Below, piece by piece: positions 10,435 through 19,487 of a stretch of 64,000 nucleotides of DNA (the stretch's first letter is position 1; every line of letters starts with the position of its first letter). Position numbers and translations under genes: made by a program. The stretch covers positions 21,708 to 85,707 of the IMG/VR virus record IMGVR_UViG_3300009161_003648; one strand, written 5' to 3'. Source of the stretch: a virus. Lineage: Duplodnaviria > Caudoviricetes. The notes under the pieces are model-generated. The model was not told where the DNA came from. It searched no databases and saw only the letters and a program-made list of their open reading frames with translations.

Positions 10435-12246
10435 TTATTCTTGTTCTATAGCGAAATAATTTTCTTGTAAAATCCAATAACCATTCTCTTGAAGAATCAA
10501 ATTAGCATTTAGTGGATAATACCTAGGTACTTCGTTTATATAAATATTCTGTATATCATTAAAATATAAATCACAGATATTAAATTTAAATTGGGATATC
10601 GCACCAACAAAGGTTCCAGCAAAATTTTCTTGTATTGGTAAACCTAAGTCTTTTTCGTCCCTACCATCAAACGTTTGTGTTTCAATTAATCCCTGAGAAC
10701 CCCCACCTAAACTAATGTTAAATGGCACACCAACTTGCTTTTCCATATGCTCTTCAAGTCTTCTTGCGATAAATTCGCTAAAATTATTAACAGTAAACTT
10801 AAGTCTACCGTTAATATAGAACATCAACTTACCAGTTCTTGGTTTTTTATATTTAAAATCACAAGCATCATAATATTCATCCATTGTATATCTTATGATA
10901 ACACTTGTCCATTGATTATCTGGTACCATTCCGCTTGATGAATAACCTTCTTGAACGGTTATACCACTAACATAAGTTGTTCCAGAACATTGGCCAGTCA
11001 CACTTAAAAGCCTGTAACCAATACTACCATCATCTTTAATTCTAAAACCTAAAGCGTTATCTAATATATCTAATTTATAATCTAAGTTATCAAATTCTAT
11101 TGATTCATTAAAACCAGAAAAACTACAAACAGTCTGATTACCAAAACCACTAGGGTTTCTAGCACCACAAGCATAACATCTTGTTGAGCCACTACCAGCT
11201 CTACCATATACTAAAAATGGGTTTTCAGTATTAGATATTACAGTTTTTGGCGTTGTAACAACTAATGGAGCGCCAGAATAAGTACAAACTGTCTTATCAC
11301 CAAAACCACTAGGATGCGCTGCACCACAGGAATGACATCTTCTTCTACCACTACCAGCCCTACCATATATTAAAAATGGGTTTGTTATATATTCAGTGTT
11401 AACTTGGTCAGGATATAGTGATATTATATCACCACTTGCACCAGTAATAAAAATATCGTTTTCTTTTGGTATTGTACACCAATCACTTAAGGTATCAGTA
11501 CAACCGACAGGAACCGTACAAGCGCTAGTACAACCAGTATCAGCACCTTCAAATAAATTCCAAAATTTATTTTCAGCTCTGGTACCCATATAAAAGAAAA
11601 ATCCTTTATTGCTTGGGTATGTTTCGTTTAATATTGTACCTGTATATCCAGTACATTCATCTTCTTGTCTTTTTAACCAAAATTGCGCTACCCAAGCCTT
11701 ATTAACTCTATTTGGTAAAACTTGGTAAGACGAACCATCGATTTTATAATAACCTTGATAAAAACCACCACATAATTGTGCATAATCACCACTAGCGTCG
11801 TTTAATATATCGATTGGGTATATATATTCATCAGTTGTTCCTGTGACTCTATTAAGATGTAATCTACTATCACCAGAAGGAATGATTAATGTTGTACCCG
11901 TTAATGCTGATAAAAGAGCTTGATTTGTTGGGTCTAATGGATTCTTATTAAAAGTAACTAAGCCATTGTCAATACCTGTAAGACCTATTGTACTAAATGT
12001 ATATCCAGTATTTGTTGCCCCTGTCCAATGATATAGGCTTGAAATCGTATTTGCTGATGTTGAACCTGAAGAATATATTGCAGGTTCATTAAAATCAAAC
12101 CAAACAACAGCACATTCACCAGTTATGGGAATAACAGGTATTAATGATTGATTATCATCGTCATTTGCTAGATAAAAATCCCAATAATCGCTATTAGATA
12201 ATCTTAAATCTAGCTTTTTATACTTATAGTTTTTTATATTTCCCAT
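10435..12246 (-). CDS. Virion protein with concanavalin A/LamG-like domain and duplicated Cys-rich motif
   Basis: 603 aa; WTSVIIRY...KLMFYINGRL...ISLGGG...FVGAISQFKF is LamG-like; two 53-aa NPFLxYGRAGSG..CxxCG..C repeats; C-terminal LILQENGYWILQEN. Confidence 0.6.
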   Translation of the reverse strand: MGNIKNYKYKKLDLRLSNSDYWDFYLANDDDNQSLIPVIPITGECAVVWFDFNEPAIYSSGSTSANTISSLYHWTGATNTGYTFSTIGLTGIDNGLVTFNKNPLDPTNQALLSALTGTTLIIPSGDSRLHLNRVTGTTDEYIYPIDILNDASGDYAQLCGGFYQGYYKIDGSSYQVLPNRVNKAWVAQFWLKRQEDECTGYTGTILNETYPSNKGFFFYMGTRAENKFWNLFEGADTGCTSACTVPVGCTDTLSDWCTIPKENDIFITGASGDIISLYPDQVNTEYITNPFLIYGRAGSGRRRCHSCGAAHPSGFGDKTVCTYSGAPLVVTTPKTVISNTENPFLVYGRAGSGSTRCYACGARNPSGFGNQTVCSFSGFNESIEFDNLDYKLDILDNALGFRIKDDGSIGYRLLSVTGQCSGTTYVSGITVQEGYSSSGMVPDNQWTSVIIRYTMDEYYDACDFKYKKPRTGKLMFYINGRLKFTVNNFSEFIARRLEEHMEKQVGVPFNISLGGGSQGLIETQTFDGRDEKDLGLPIQENFAGTFVGAISQFKFNICDLYFNDIQNIYINEVPRYYPLNANLILQENGYWILQENYFAIEQE

Positions 12247-12311
12247 TATAATATATAAATATCAATTTTTTATTTAGCCTTCAATTCTTTTATTTATATT
12301 ACCATTATATA

Positions 12312-13511
12312 TTAAAATGATTCTAAATTTATTCTTTTCCAACCATTTTCTGTTTTTAAATACAGATAATTCTCATCTCTTGTAAGGTTACCTAAACTAC
12401 CTGATAAATCTTGTGATGATATTGGTGTAAAAATTGGGATAATTAAACCATTTGGTTTTAGATTTGTATTTGTTGTCCAATCACCGTTTTCATCGGTCTC
12501 TAAAAATGCGTTTTGATTTTCAGATATTGCGTGTAAAACAATAATACCACCACCTATTGATGTTTGGTGATTACCATTATAATTTAATTCAATATTATTA
12601 TCTTCAGCAACAACAGTTTGTGTGTTTAAACTTTCTCTGTTCACATTTATTGTAACATCACCATTTACCAATTCTTTTATTGCCTCAACCAATAACGCTG
12701 TAACATCTTTATAATGAACACTCATGTATTTACCATCATAATGTGTTAATTCTGGAACAACCTCATTTACCTCCTGTGCAATAAAACCTATTTTTGTTGC
12801 GTCTCCACCACTATTTCTATCTTTCCAATTAAATGTTACACCTCTAAGATTTAAAACTTTAGTTAATGCATCATCAATATTATTGATATTTTCTTTTAGG
12901 TTGATATCCGATGCGTTATTTACCAAAAAACCGTTATTATCAATACCAACGTCACGTGTGCCTGGTCCTGCACCAAGATTTGTTATTATCATTCTTTCAG
13001 TTCTAGTAATACCAGAAACGTCAACCCAAATTGTTCTACCTGTATAATCTAATGTACCAGCACTTAAATAAGTTAAAAGCGATGTTGTTACGGTACCAGT
13101 AAAAACACCAGCTGACGGACTAACACAAATTTGTGGGGTGATATCAAAACTAACACCTGAGTAATTTAAATAATAACTGTTTCCATCGGTTGACCCACTT
13201 GTATTACCTGTATATACTTGACCTGTATTTTGTGTTAAACCACTATTTGTACTTGTTATTGCCGATATACGCGAGTTAGCAATATTCATTTTTGTATTAT
13301 ACCAAGTAAAAACTGTAACGCCAGTATTACCTGAAAAAGTACTAAGAACACCAGATACTGTTGAAGTAACAGCTGTTGTTGTTAAATCTGGGCCTGTAGT
13401 TAAAGAGCTAAAAGTAACGCCAAACGCTGTTCCACCAGATAAAACACTAAATGTTTCAGGTTGTTGTTTTACTTGCCTTGTCGAAAAGTCTAATTTTGTT
13501 CTAAATTCCAT
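12312..13511 (-). CDS. Tail fibre protein with peptidase S74 intramolecular chaperone domain
   Basis: ASDINLKENI (Ser-Lys dyad), LRGVTFNWKD, IGFIAQEV, LLVEAIKEL match the S74 chaperone signature. Confidence 0.85.
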   Translation of the reverse strand: MEFRTKLDFSTRQVKQQPETFSVLSGGTAFGVTFSSLTTGPDLTTTAVTSTVSGVLSTFSGNTGVTVFTWYNTKMNIANSRISAITSTNSGLTQNTGQVYTGNTSGSTDGNSYYLNYSGVSFDITPQICVSPSAGVFTGTVTTSLLTYLSAGTLDYTGRTIWVDVSGITRTERMIITNLGAGPGTRDVGIDNNGFLVNNASDINLKENINNIDDALTKVLNLRGVTFNWKDRNSGGDATKIGFIAQEVNEVVPELTHYDGKYMSVHYKDVTALLVEAIKELVNGDVTINVNRESLNTQTVVAEDNNIELNYNGNHQTSIGGGIIVLHAISENQNAFLETDENGDWTTNTNLKPNGLIIPIFTPISSQDLSGSLGNLTRDENYLYLKTENGWKRINLESF

Positions 13512-13520
13512 TTTTATTGG

Positions 13521-13564
13521 TTTTATAATAAATATTCTACGTTTCTAATATATTTATTATAAAA
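13521..13564. promoter_or_regulatory. Back-to-back candidate late promoters: perfect 15-bp inverted repeat ATATTTATTATAAAA
   Basis: 13521-13535 (ttttataataaatat) and 13550-13564 (atatttattataaaa) sit 10 and 9 nt upstream of the divergent ATGs at 13511 and 13574. Confidence 0.7.
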
Positions 13565-13573
13565 GAATTATTT

Positions 13574-14050
13574 ATGCCTATTATTAAAAAACATGAATTA
13601 GAAGAGCTTGTTGGTAGTGATGGTACTGTTATTGGGGGTGATAGAAATGTTACAAGTAATTCAGAAATTGAAACAGGGCCAGTACAAAAACCATGGAATG
13701 ACAATTCTGATTATGAAAAAGGTATGTCAACAACTACTGATAGAGCAACTAGATATAGACAAAATATTCCTTGGTTTGCAGTTTATAGCTATCGTAGCTC
13801 AAGTGGTCGTGGTTTACCAATAAATGAAACAAATAAAACCAAAAATATCAAAAAAAAGAGTGAAATTGAAAAAGATATCACAGAAGATTTAGTTAAAAAA
13901 TCAAAAAGAGACCACGATATGATGGAAAAAAATTTTGATACTAAGGTTGAAAAAATGGTTGATACAATAGAAGATATTGATTTAAGTAAAGAACAGCTTA
14001 ATAAAATAAAAACTGCAATTATTAATAAATTAAAAGGAACTAATGCCTAA
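13574..14050 (+). CDS. Hypothetical protein, probable head-associated
   Basis: 158 aa; first gene of the divergent late-type operon; PINE/ITED motifs. Confidence 0.45.
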   Translation: MPIIKKHELEELVGSDGTVIGGDRNVTSNSEIETGPVQKPWNDNSDYEKGMSTTTDRATRYRQNIPWFAVYSYRSSSGRGLPINETNKTKNIKKKSEIEKDITEDLVKKSKRDHDMMEKNFDTKVEKMVDTIEDIDLSKEQLNKIKTAIINKLKGTNA

Positions 14051-14495
14051 TTCTGAATTAAAAGATAAGATATATAACGTACCTGCCCAACATCAAAATT
14101 TTTTGGGTCAGACAATATCATATTATAATCTTAAAATGACAAAAAGCAGATTAAGTAAAGCCAAAAAAGAAAAAGATTTAGCAGAATTTAATAGAAAAGG
14201 TGGTGAAAACGTATTACAATGGATTGAAAATACATTAAAAACTGACCGTGACGCTATTTATGGTAAGAAAAAAACTGGTATGAATGCTGGAAGAGAAAAC
14301 GAGTTTATAAAAAACCACGAAAAAGATAAAAGCGCTAACCCAACAAGAGTAGGTGGAGTACCAAAAATAACAAAGGGTAGTGTATTTAGAAAAATAATGA
14401 CAAATAAAGAAGTTTATAATGAATCCATTAATAAAGAAATTAATGAAATTTTATATTTAATGGAATATATGAATAACAACAAAAAAAATATATAA
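14043..14495 (+). CDS. Hypothetical basic protein, probable head-associated
   Basis: 150 aa, Lys-rich, C-terminal VYNESINKEINEILYLMEY; overlaps the previous gene. Confidence 0.45.
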   Translation: MPNSELKDKIYNVPAQHQNFLGQTISYYNLKMTKSRLSKAKKEKDLAEFNRKGGENVLQWIENTLKTDRDAIYGKKKTGMNAGRENEFIKNHEKDKSANPTRVGGVPKITKGSVFRKIMTNKEVYNESINKEINEILYLMEYMNNNKKNI

Positions 14496-14498
14496 CTT

Positions 14499-14912
14499 AT
14501 GCCAAGTAATTACATCCCAAGACCCGTTCCAGGCCAAAACGTTGGAGGTCAATCCGATATGGAATACGCCGCAATTATTCAAAGAAATACTTTGATTCCT
14601 ATTAACACATATAATAGTTACGCTTCTGCGAATCAATATGGTCTTACACATACTAGAGCTTTAACTGACACACAAACACCAAATGCTGGTAGAGGCACTG
14701 GTGTGTTTTTAGATATTGAAAACTACGGCGCTGGTTTAGAGTGGGACACATTAGGTAACCCACAACCAGGCAGCATCGTAGGTGCTGGCGCTGGTAGGTT
14801 ACCGTCATTAACATACAATAACGCAACTTGGGGTATGGGGCCAGTCGGATTAGGTATGACAAATTATACACCACCAGACACAGCATTAAATGTTGGTCAA
14901 GTAACAATTTAA
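14499..14912 (+). CDS. Hypothetical G/T/N-rich protein
   Basis: 137 aa ORF tightly packed in the operon. Confidence 0.45.
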   Translation: MPSNYIPRPVPGQNVGGQSDMEYAAIIQRNTLIPINTYNSYASANQYGLTHTRALTDTQTPNAGRGTGVFLDIENYGAGLEWDTLGNPQPGSIVGAGAGRLPSLTYNNATWGMGPVGLGMTNYTPPDTALNVGQVTI

Positions 14913-14913
14913 T

Positions 14914-15342
14914 ATGAAACTTTACAATTTATTTGAAGAGATTATATTAGAAGAGAAAAGGTTATTAACTGAAAATGTTAGTGACCAAGAAATAAATGAT
15001 GCTATTAAGGGAAAATACAACATAAATATACTTTATGATGATTATCCAGATGCAGTGCCATCAGTTGCGCCTAGTAAAAGATATATACAAGTATATAATT
15101 TTGCTGAAACAAAAGCTGGTAACAAAGCAATTAGAGCATTTCAAATTTTTGGTGGTTCAAAAACGACACCAAAACAAGGTGCGTGGAAAATATTTAGAAT
15201 AGATAGGATTCGTGGTTGGTTCCCAACAAATATGGCATTTTACAAACCAGTTTCCGATTTAGACCAAAACATTCCAACGTACAATAAAAATGGTGATAGA
15301 GCAATGTCACGTGTTATGAATAAAGTAGATTTTAATAAATAA
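14914..15342 (+). CDS. WYL-like domain protein
   Basis: INILY...RYIQVY...IRAF...WKIFRIDRI resembles the WYL SH3-fold pattern (R.I.P...A.C..R.FRxDRI). Confidence 0.6.
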   Translation: MKLYNLFEEIILEEKRLLTENVSDQEINDAIKGKYNINILYDDYPDAVPSVAPSKRYIQVYNFAETKAGNKAIRAFQIFGGSKTTPKQGAWKIFRIDRIRGWFPTNMAFYKPVSDLDQNIPTYNKNGDRAMSRVMNKVDFNK

Positions 15343-15347
15343 TTTTT

Positions 15348-15920
15348 ATGGATACACCACAACCAGTAGATTTAAATAAATTAAAAAACATTCTTGGAAA
15401 TGCCAAGGCTGTAATGAATAAGGTTGAAAACAATAGTTTTAAAACGGGAAATATTGATGGAAGAGCATTAACAGAAGAAGGTGTTGCTGAATTACAATCA
15501 GAAGGTGTTAGACCAGCATCTACATCACCAATGACGTATAATGAAGAAATGATTAGAAATTCTAAACTACCTGCAGCAATTAAAAAAGCAATGTTAGAAA
15601 ATCCAATTCCACAATTATCTGGGCCAAGTCATACATTTAATATAAACGATGTATCTGATTTAATTGACGAAAAACCAATGTCATACCCTAAGACACCTAA
15701 AACAAAAGCTGTCAACGAAACATATAGCAATAATAAATCAGATACAATTACCGTAAGCAAATCCGAATTAAAAGAAATGGTTAACGATTTAGTTAATGAA
15801 AAATTATTAGAATTTTTTGTTAAAAACCATAACAAATCAATTACCGAAGATACTGTAAAAAGAACAATCACAACTTTAATAAAAGAGGGTAAAATACAAC
15901 AAAAGAAAAGAACGTTATAA
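15348..15920 (+). CDS. Hypothetical protein, probable head-associated
   Basis: 190 aa; AVNET/LVNE/ITED/IKEG motifs; last gene before a terminator. Confidence 0.45.
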   Translation: MDTPQPVDLNKLKNILGNAKAVMNKVENNSFKTGNIDGRALTEEGVAELQSEGVRPASTSPMTYNEEMIRNSKLPAAIKKAMLENPIPQLSGPSHTFNINDVSDLIDEKPMSYPKTPKTKAVNETYSNNKSDTITVSKSELKEMVNDLVNEKLLEFFVKNHNKSITEDTVKRTITTLIKEGKIQQKKRTL

Positions 15921-15941
15921 TACTAAAAAAAATATTTTATT

Positions 15942-15968
15942 AAAAGGGGATTAATTTCCCCTTTTTTT
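15942..15968 (+). terminator. Rho-independent terminator
   Basis: AAAAGGGGA-TTAATT-TCCCCTTTTTTT hairpin with T tract. Confidence 0.85.
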
Positions 15969-15969
15969 A

Positions 15970-15997
15970 TTGACTAATATTACATATTCATTATAAT
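15970..15997 (+). promoter_or_regulatory. Sigma70-like promoter
   Basis: TTGACT-N16-TATAAT upstream of 16027. Confidence 0.7.
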
Positions 15998-16026
15998 TGA
16001 CTCATAATTACATTTAAAAAATTAAT

Positions 16027-17292
16027 ATGAGTAAAATTAAAGTCTTGGTAGTACCATCTGACCGTACTGGTGTTGGATACTTTAGAAGCACAAAACCACA
16101 CATTGCGTTAGAAGAAAAATACCCAAATGAATTTCACGTAGATATTGAATACGAACCAGAGTTGAACAACGACGAATGGTTAAAACAATACGATATAATA
16201 CATTATCATAGAACCTTAGGCGCTTACGAACAACAAGAAAGCTTGTTGAATAAATTAGATAATTTAGGTATCGTAACAATAATGGACTTAGATGATTATT
16301 GGTCACCTGGTCAACATCATCCAGCTTTTTTATTAATTAAAAATAGTGGTTTAGATAAAATGATTCTAAATAATATTAGAATTGCTAAGAACGTAACAAC
16401 AACAACAAGTATATTTGCTGAAGAAATTGGAAAACATAATAAAAACGTATTTGTTTTACCAAATGCTATTGACCCAAATGAAAAACAATATACACCAACA
16501 CCAGAACCAAGTGAAAGATTAAGAATTGGATGGTTAGGTGGTTCATCACACTTAAAAGATTTAGAAATTTTAAAAGGTATTGTTGGTAGATTACATAATG
16601 ACGGACTATTAGAAAAAGTTCAATTTGTTTTGTGTGGTTATGATTTAAGAGGGACAATGACAATTATCGATGAAAAAACTGGACAACAAACACAAAGACC
16701 AATCAAACCAACAGAAAGCGTTTGGTACCATTACGAAAGAATTTTCACAGAAGATTATACAACAATTAGTCCAGAATATAAAGAATTTTTATTAAAATTC
16801 AAAAATGAGGAATATCCCAATGTTGCAAATGAACCATATAGAAGAGTTTGGACAAAACCAATTAGTACATACGCTTCAAACTATAATTTATTTGATATAT
16901 CATTAGCGCCAATTGAAGAAAATATCTTTAACAAGGTTAAGAGTCAACTTAAAGTTATTGAAGCTGGGTTTCATAAAAAAGCCCTAATTGCACAAGATTT
17001 CGGACCATATCAGATAGATATTAAAAATGCGCACCAATTTGGTGGTAGCTGGGATACTAATGGTAATGGTATTTTAATTGATACAAATAAAAACCATAAA
17101 GATTGGTATAAATTTATTAAAAAATTAATTGTTGAGCCAGAACTAGTTAAACAATTAAGTGAAAACTTACACAACACAGTTAAAAATTTATATTCTGTAC
17201 AAGCGGTTAGTGACAGCAGACGTGATTTATATAAAAAATTAAAATCACAAATGGATGAAAAACAATCAGCTAAAAAAATGGTTTTAAATTAG
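16027..17292 (+). CDS. GT-B fold glycosyltransferase (GT4-like)
   Basis: DLDDYW, VTTTT..FA, LPNAID, RIGWLGGSSH, FDISLAP...KSQLKVIEAG...IAQDFGPY. Confidence 0.85.
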   Translation: MSKIKVLVVPSDRTGVGYFRSTKPHIALEEKYPNEFHVDIEYEPELNNDEWLKQYDIIHYHRTLGAYEQQESLLNKLDNLGIVTIMDLDDYWSPGQHHPAFLLIKNSGLDKMILNNIRIAKNVTTTTSIFAEEIGKHNKNVFVLPNAIDPNEKQYTPTPEPSERLRIGWLGGSSHLKDLEILKGIVGRLHNDGLLEKVQFVLCGYDLRGTMTIIDEKTGQQTQRPIKPTESVWYHYERIFTEDYTTISPEYKEFLLKFKNEEYPNVANEPYRRVWTKPISTYASNYNLFDISLAPIEENIFNKVKSQLKVIEAGFHKKALIAQDFGPYQIDIKNAHQFGGSWDTNGNGILIDTNKNHKDWYKFIKKLIVEPELVKQLSENLHNTVKNLYSVQAVSDSRRDLYKKLKSQMDEKQSAKKMVLN

Positions 17293-17320
17293 ACTTTTTC
17301 ATTTGTTTTTGGTATATTTG
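17290..17320 (+). promoter_or_regulatory. Candidate promoter (sigma70-like / Bacteroidota -7 box)
   Basis: TAGACT-N17-TATATT; TATATTTG at 17313-17320 also matches the Bacteroidota TAnnTTTG element. Confidence 0.5.
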
Positions 17321-17328
17321 TAAAAAAT

Positions 17329-17904
17329 ATGATTATGATTAAACAAGAACAAATTGTAAAAAACACTAAAAAGTATTTCCAAACGGCTCAAGAACAAGGG
17401 TTTATGACTGAAGAGTTGATGTCTTTTTTAGGTGAAACTTTTATTAAAGCGCCTGCATCAACTATGGCCGATTTAAATAACGCATTTGAAGGTGGTTTAA
17501 TTGACCATCTTTTGCGTGTAACAAAATATGCTGTTTCAATAAATGAAACTATCCTACCAGAAAATCTTAGATTACCAAAAAAAGATATTATTAAAGTTTG
17601 CTTTTTACACCAAATTGGTAAAGCGCATCTTTATGTCCCATGCACATCCGAATGGCATATTAAAAATCAAGGTAAATTATACGAATTTAATGATGGGCTA
17701 ACATCTATGCGTGTTGGTGAACGTTCAGCTCATTACGTATTAAGTAATGGTGTTACACTCACTGAAGAAGAATACCAAGCAATTATAAATTTTGATAAGG
17801 ACGATAGTGATAAACAAGCAAAATATCACAATTCATTATTGGGTGACCTATTAAAAATGGCTAACCAATTAGCAATCATTGAAGAAAAAAATCAAAAAAA
17901 CTAA
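17329..17904 (+). CDS. HD-domain-like phosphohydrolase (HD replaced by HQ)
   Basis: AFEGGLIDHLLRV...CFLHQIGK; family pattern is GGL..H....LLHDxGK. Confidence 0.65.
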   Translation: MIMIKQEQIVKNTKKYFQTAQEQGFMTEELMSFLGETFIKAPASTMADLNNAFEGGLIDHLLRVTKYAVSINETILPENLRLPKKDIIKVCFLHQIGKAHLYVPCTSEWHIKNQGKLYEFNDGLTSMRVGERSAHYVLSNGVTLTEEEYQAIINFDKDDSDKQAKYHNSLLGDLLKMANQLAIIEEKNQKN

Positions 17905-17905
17905 T

Positions 17906-18484
17906 ATGGATATAGCTGAAAAAATGAGACAAAGGATATTTGATATAATTGACCCAAATATCGATTATACACAAGAAGATTTTGAAAAAGAATTTGGTAA
18001 TATTGATTATAGCAAAAACAATAATTCAAATTTTAAATTGAATATTAATTTTGTAAATGAATCCACAAACCCAAATCCAGAATACGCAACCGAGGGTTCA
18101 TCAGGATTTGATTTAAGGGCAAATTTACAAACCCCTATCGAAATACCTAGTGGCGATATTCAAACCATTCCAACAGGATTATATTTTGAAATTCCACAAG
18201 GTCTTGAAATTCAAGTTAGACCAAGAAGTGGTTTAGCCGCAAAAAATGGTGTAACTGTTTTAAACACACCAGGCACCGTTGATTCAGATTACCGTGGTGA
18301 AGTTAAAGTAATACTTATTAATCATGGTAATAGAATATTTACCGTTAATCATGGGGATAGAATTGCACAAGCAGTTATTGCGTCAGTAATGGGTAAAAAC
18401 GTTATTGAATTAAACAAAACTTCAAAAATTTCAAACGATACTGTTAGAGCATCTAATGGTTTTGGTAGTACTGGGTTACAATAA
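17906..18484 (+). CDS. dut: Trimeric dUTPase (likely start 17906)
   Basis: All five motifs present: SSGFDL, RPRSG, GTVDSDYRGE, GDRIAQ, RASNGFGSTG. Confidence 0.95.
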   Translation: MDIAEKMRQRIFDIIDPNIDYTQEDFEKEFGNIDYSKNNNSNFKLNINFVNESTNPNPEYATEGSSGFDLRANLQTPIEIPSGDIQTIPTGLYFEIPQGLEIQVRPRSGLAAKNGVTVLNTPGTVDSDYRGEVKVILINHGNRIFTVNHGDRIAQAVIASVMGKNVIELNKTSKISNDTVRASNGFGSTGLQ

Positions 18485-18494
18485 AATAAAAAAA

Positions 18495-19487
18495 ATGAAA
18501 TTAGATTTTAACGATTTGTTAATCGTACCAAAAGAAATAACAAATATAAATAGTCGAACTGAAATCAATCCGTACATTTTTGCGATGCTACCATTAATTA
18601 CCGCACCTATGGACACTGTTGTATCCAAAGAAAATGCGGGTTTATATATTATTAATAATATAAATGTATGCCTACCTAGAAACGTAGACTGTGATTTAGG
18701 GTTTAAAGCATATTCAATATCTCAGATGAATGATTTATTAAATTCTAATAGAGGTATTTTAGAAAATGGGTATTATTTAATTGATGTTGCTAATGGGCAT
18801 ATGGATTCGGTAATAAACATCACAAAAAAAATTAAAAAACAATATCCAATTTTAAAATTAATGGTTGGCAATGTTGCTAATCCAGAAACATATCGATTAC
18901 TGTCTGAAGCTGGTGCAGATTACGTCAGAGTTGGCATTGGCAATGGTGGTGGTTGTTTAACAACACAAAATACAGGTGTTGGGTATCCAATGGCGTCATT
19001 GATTAAAGAATGTTATGATATATCTGCAACATTAAACAACCCCGCATATATAGTTGCTGATGGTGGAATGCAAACATACAGCGACATAATTAAAGCTCTT
19101 GCATTAGGTGCTGACTATGTTATGCTTGGTAGTGTTCTAAATAAATCACTTGAATCTGCTGGTGATAATTATCTTTGGAAAAAAATAAAGGTATCACAAA
19201 CAATGGCTGAAAAAGCGTATAAACTAGGTATACCTGTTTATAAAATGTTTAGAGGTATGAGCACCAAAGAAGTTCAAAAAAAATGGGGTGCTAAAGTCAT
19301 TAAAACTTCTGAGGGTGTTGTAAGATATCGAAGAGTAGAATACACCTTATCTCAATGGTCCGAAAACTTTGAACATTACTTACGTTCAGCAATGAGCTAT
19401 ACAGGTTCACACAAACTAAGCGAATTTATCGGTAAAGCAAACTTAATACAAATAACAAATAACTCATATAAAAGATTTAACAAATGA
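18495..19487 (+). CDS. guaC: IMP dehydrogenase / GMP reductase family, no CBS domains (likely start 18495)
   Basis: FNDLLIVP, LITAPMDTV, LIDVANGH, VGNVA, VGIGNGGGCLTT (catalytic Cys), IVADGG, ALALGADYVMLG, FRGM, SEG, LRSAMSYTG; GuaC versus GuaB not resolved. Confidence 0.85.
   Translation: MKLDFNDLLIVPKEITNINSRTEINPYIFAMLPLITAPMDTVVSKENAGLYIINNINVCLPRNVDCDLGFKAYSISQMNDLLNSNRGILENGYYLIDVANGHMDSVINITKKIKKQYPILKLMVGNVANPETYRLLSEAGADYVRVGIGNGGGCLTTQNTGVGYPMASLIKECYDISATLNNPAYIVADGGMQTYSDIIKALALGADYVMLGSVLNKSLESAGDNYLWKKIKVSQTMAEKAYKLGIPVYKMFRGMSTKEVQKKWGAKVIKTSEGVVRYRRVEYTLSQWSENFEHYLRSAMSYTGSHKLSEFIGKANLIQITNNSYKRFNK

Noticed and set aside
2403-13511. Diversity-generating retroelement acting on fibre genes
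   Set aside because: No reverse transcriptase and no TR/VR pair differing only at adenines was seen in the window
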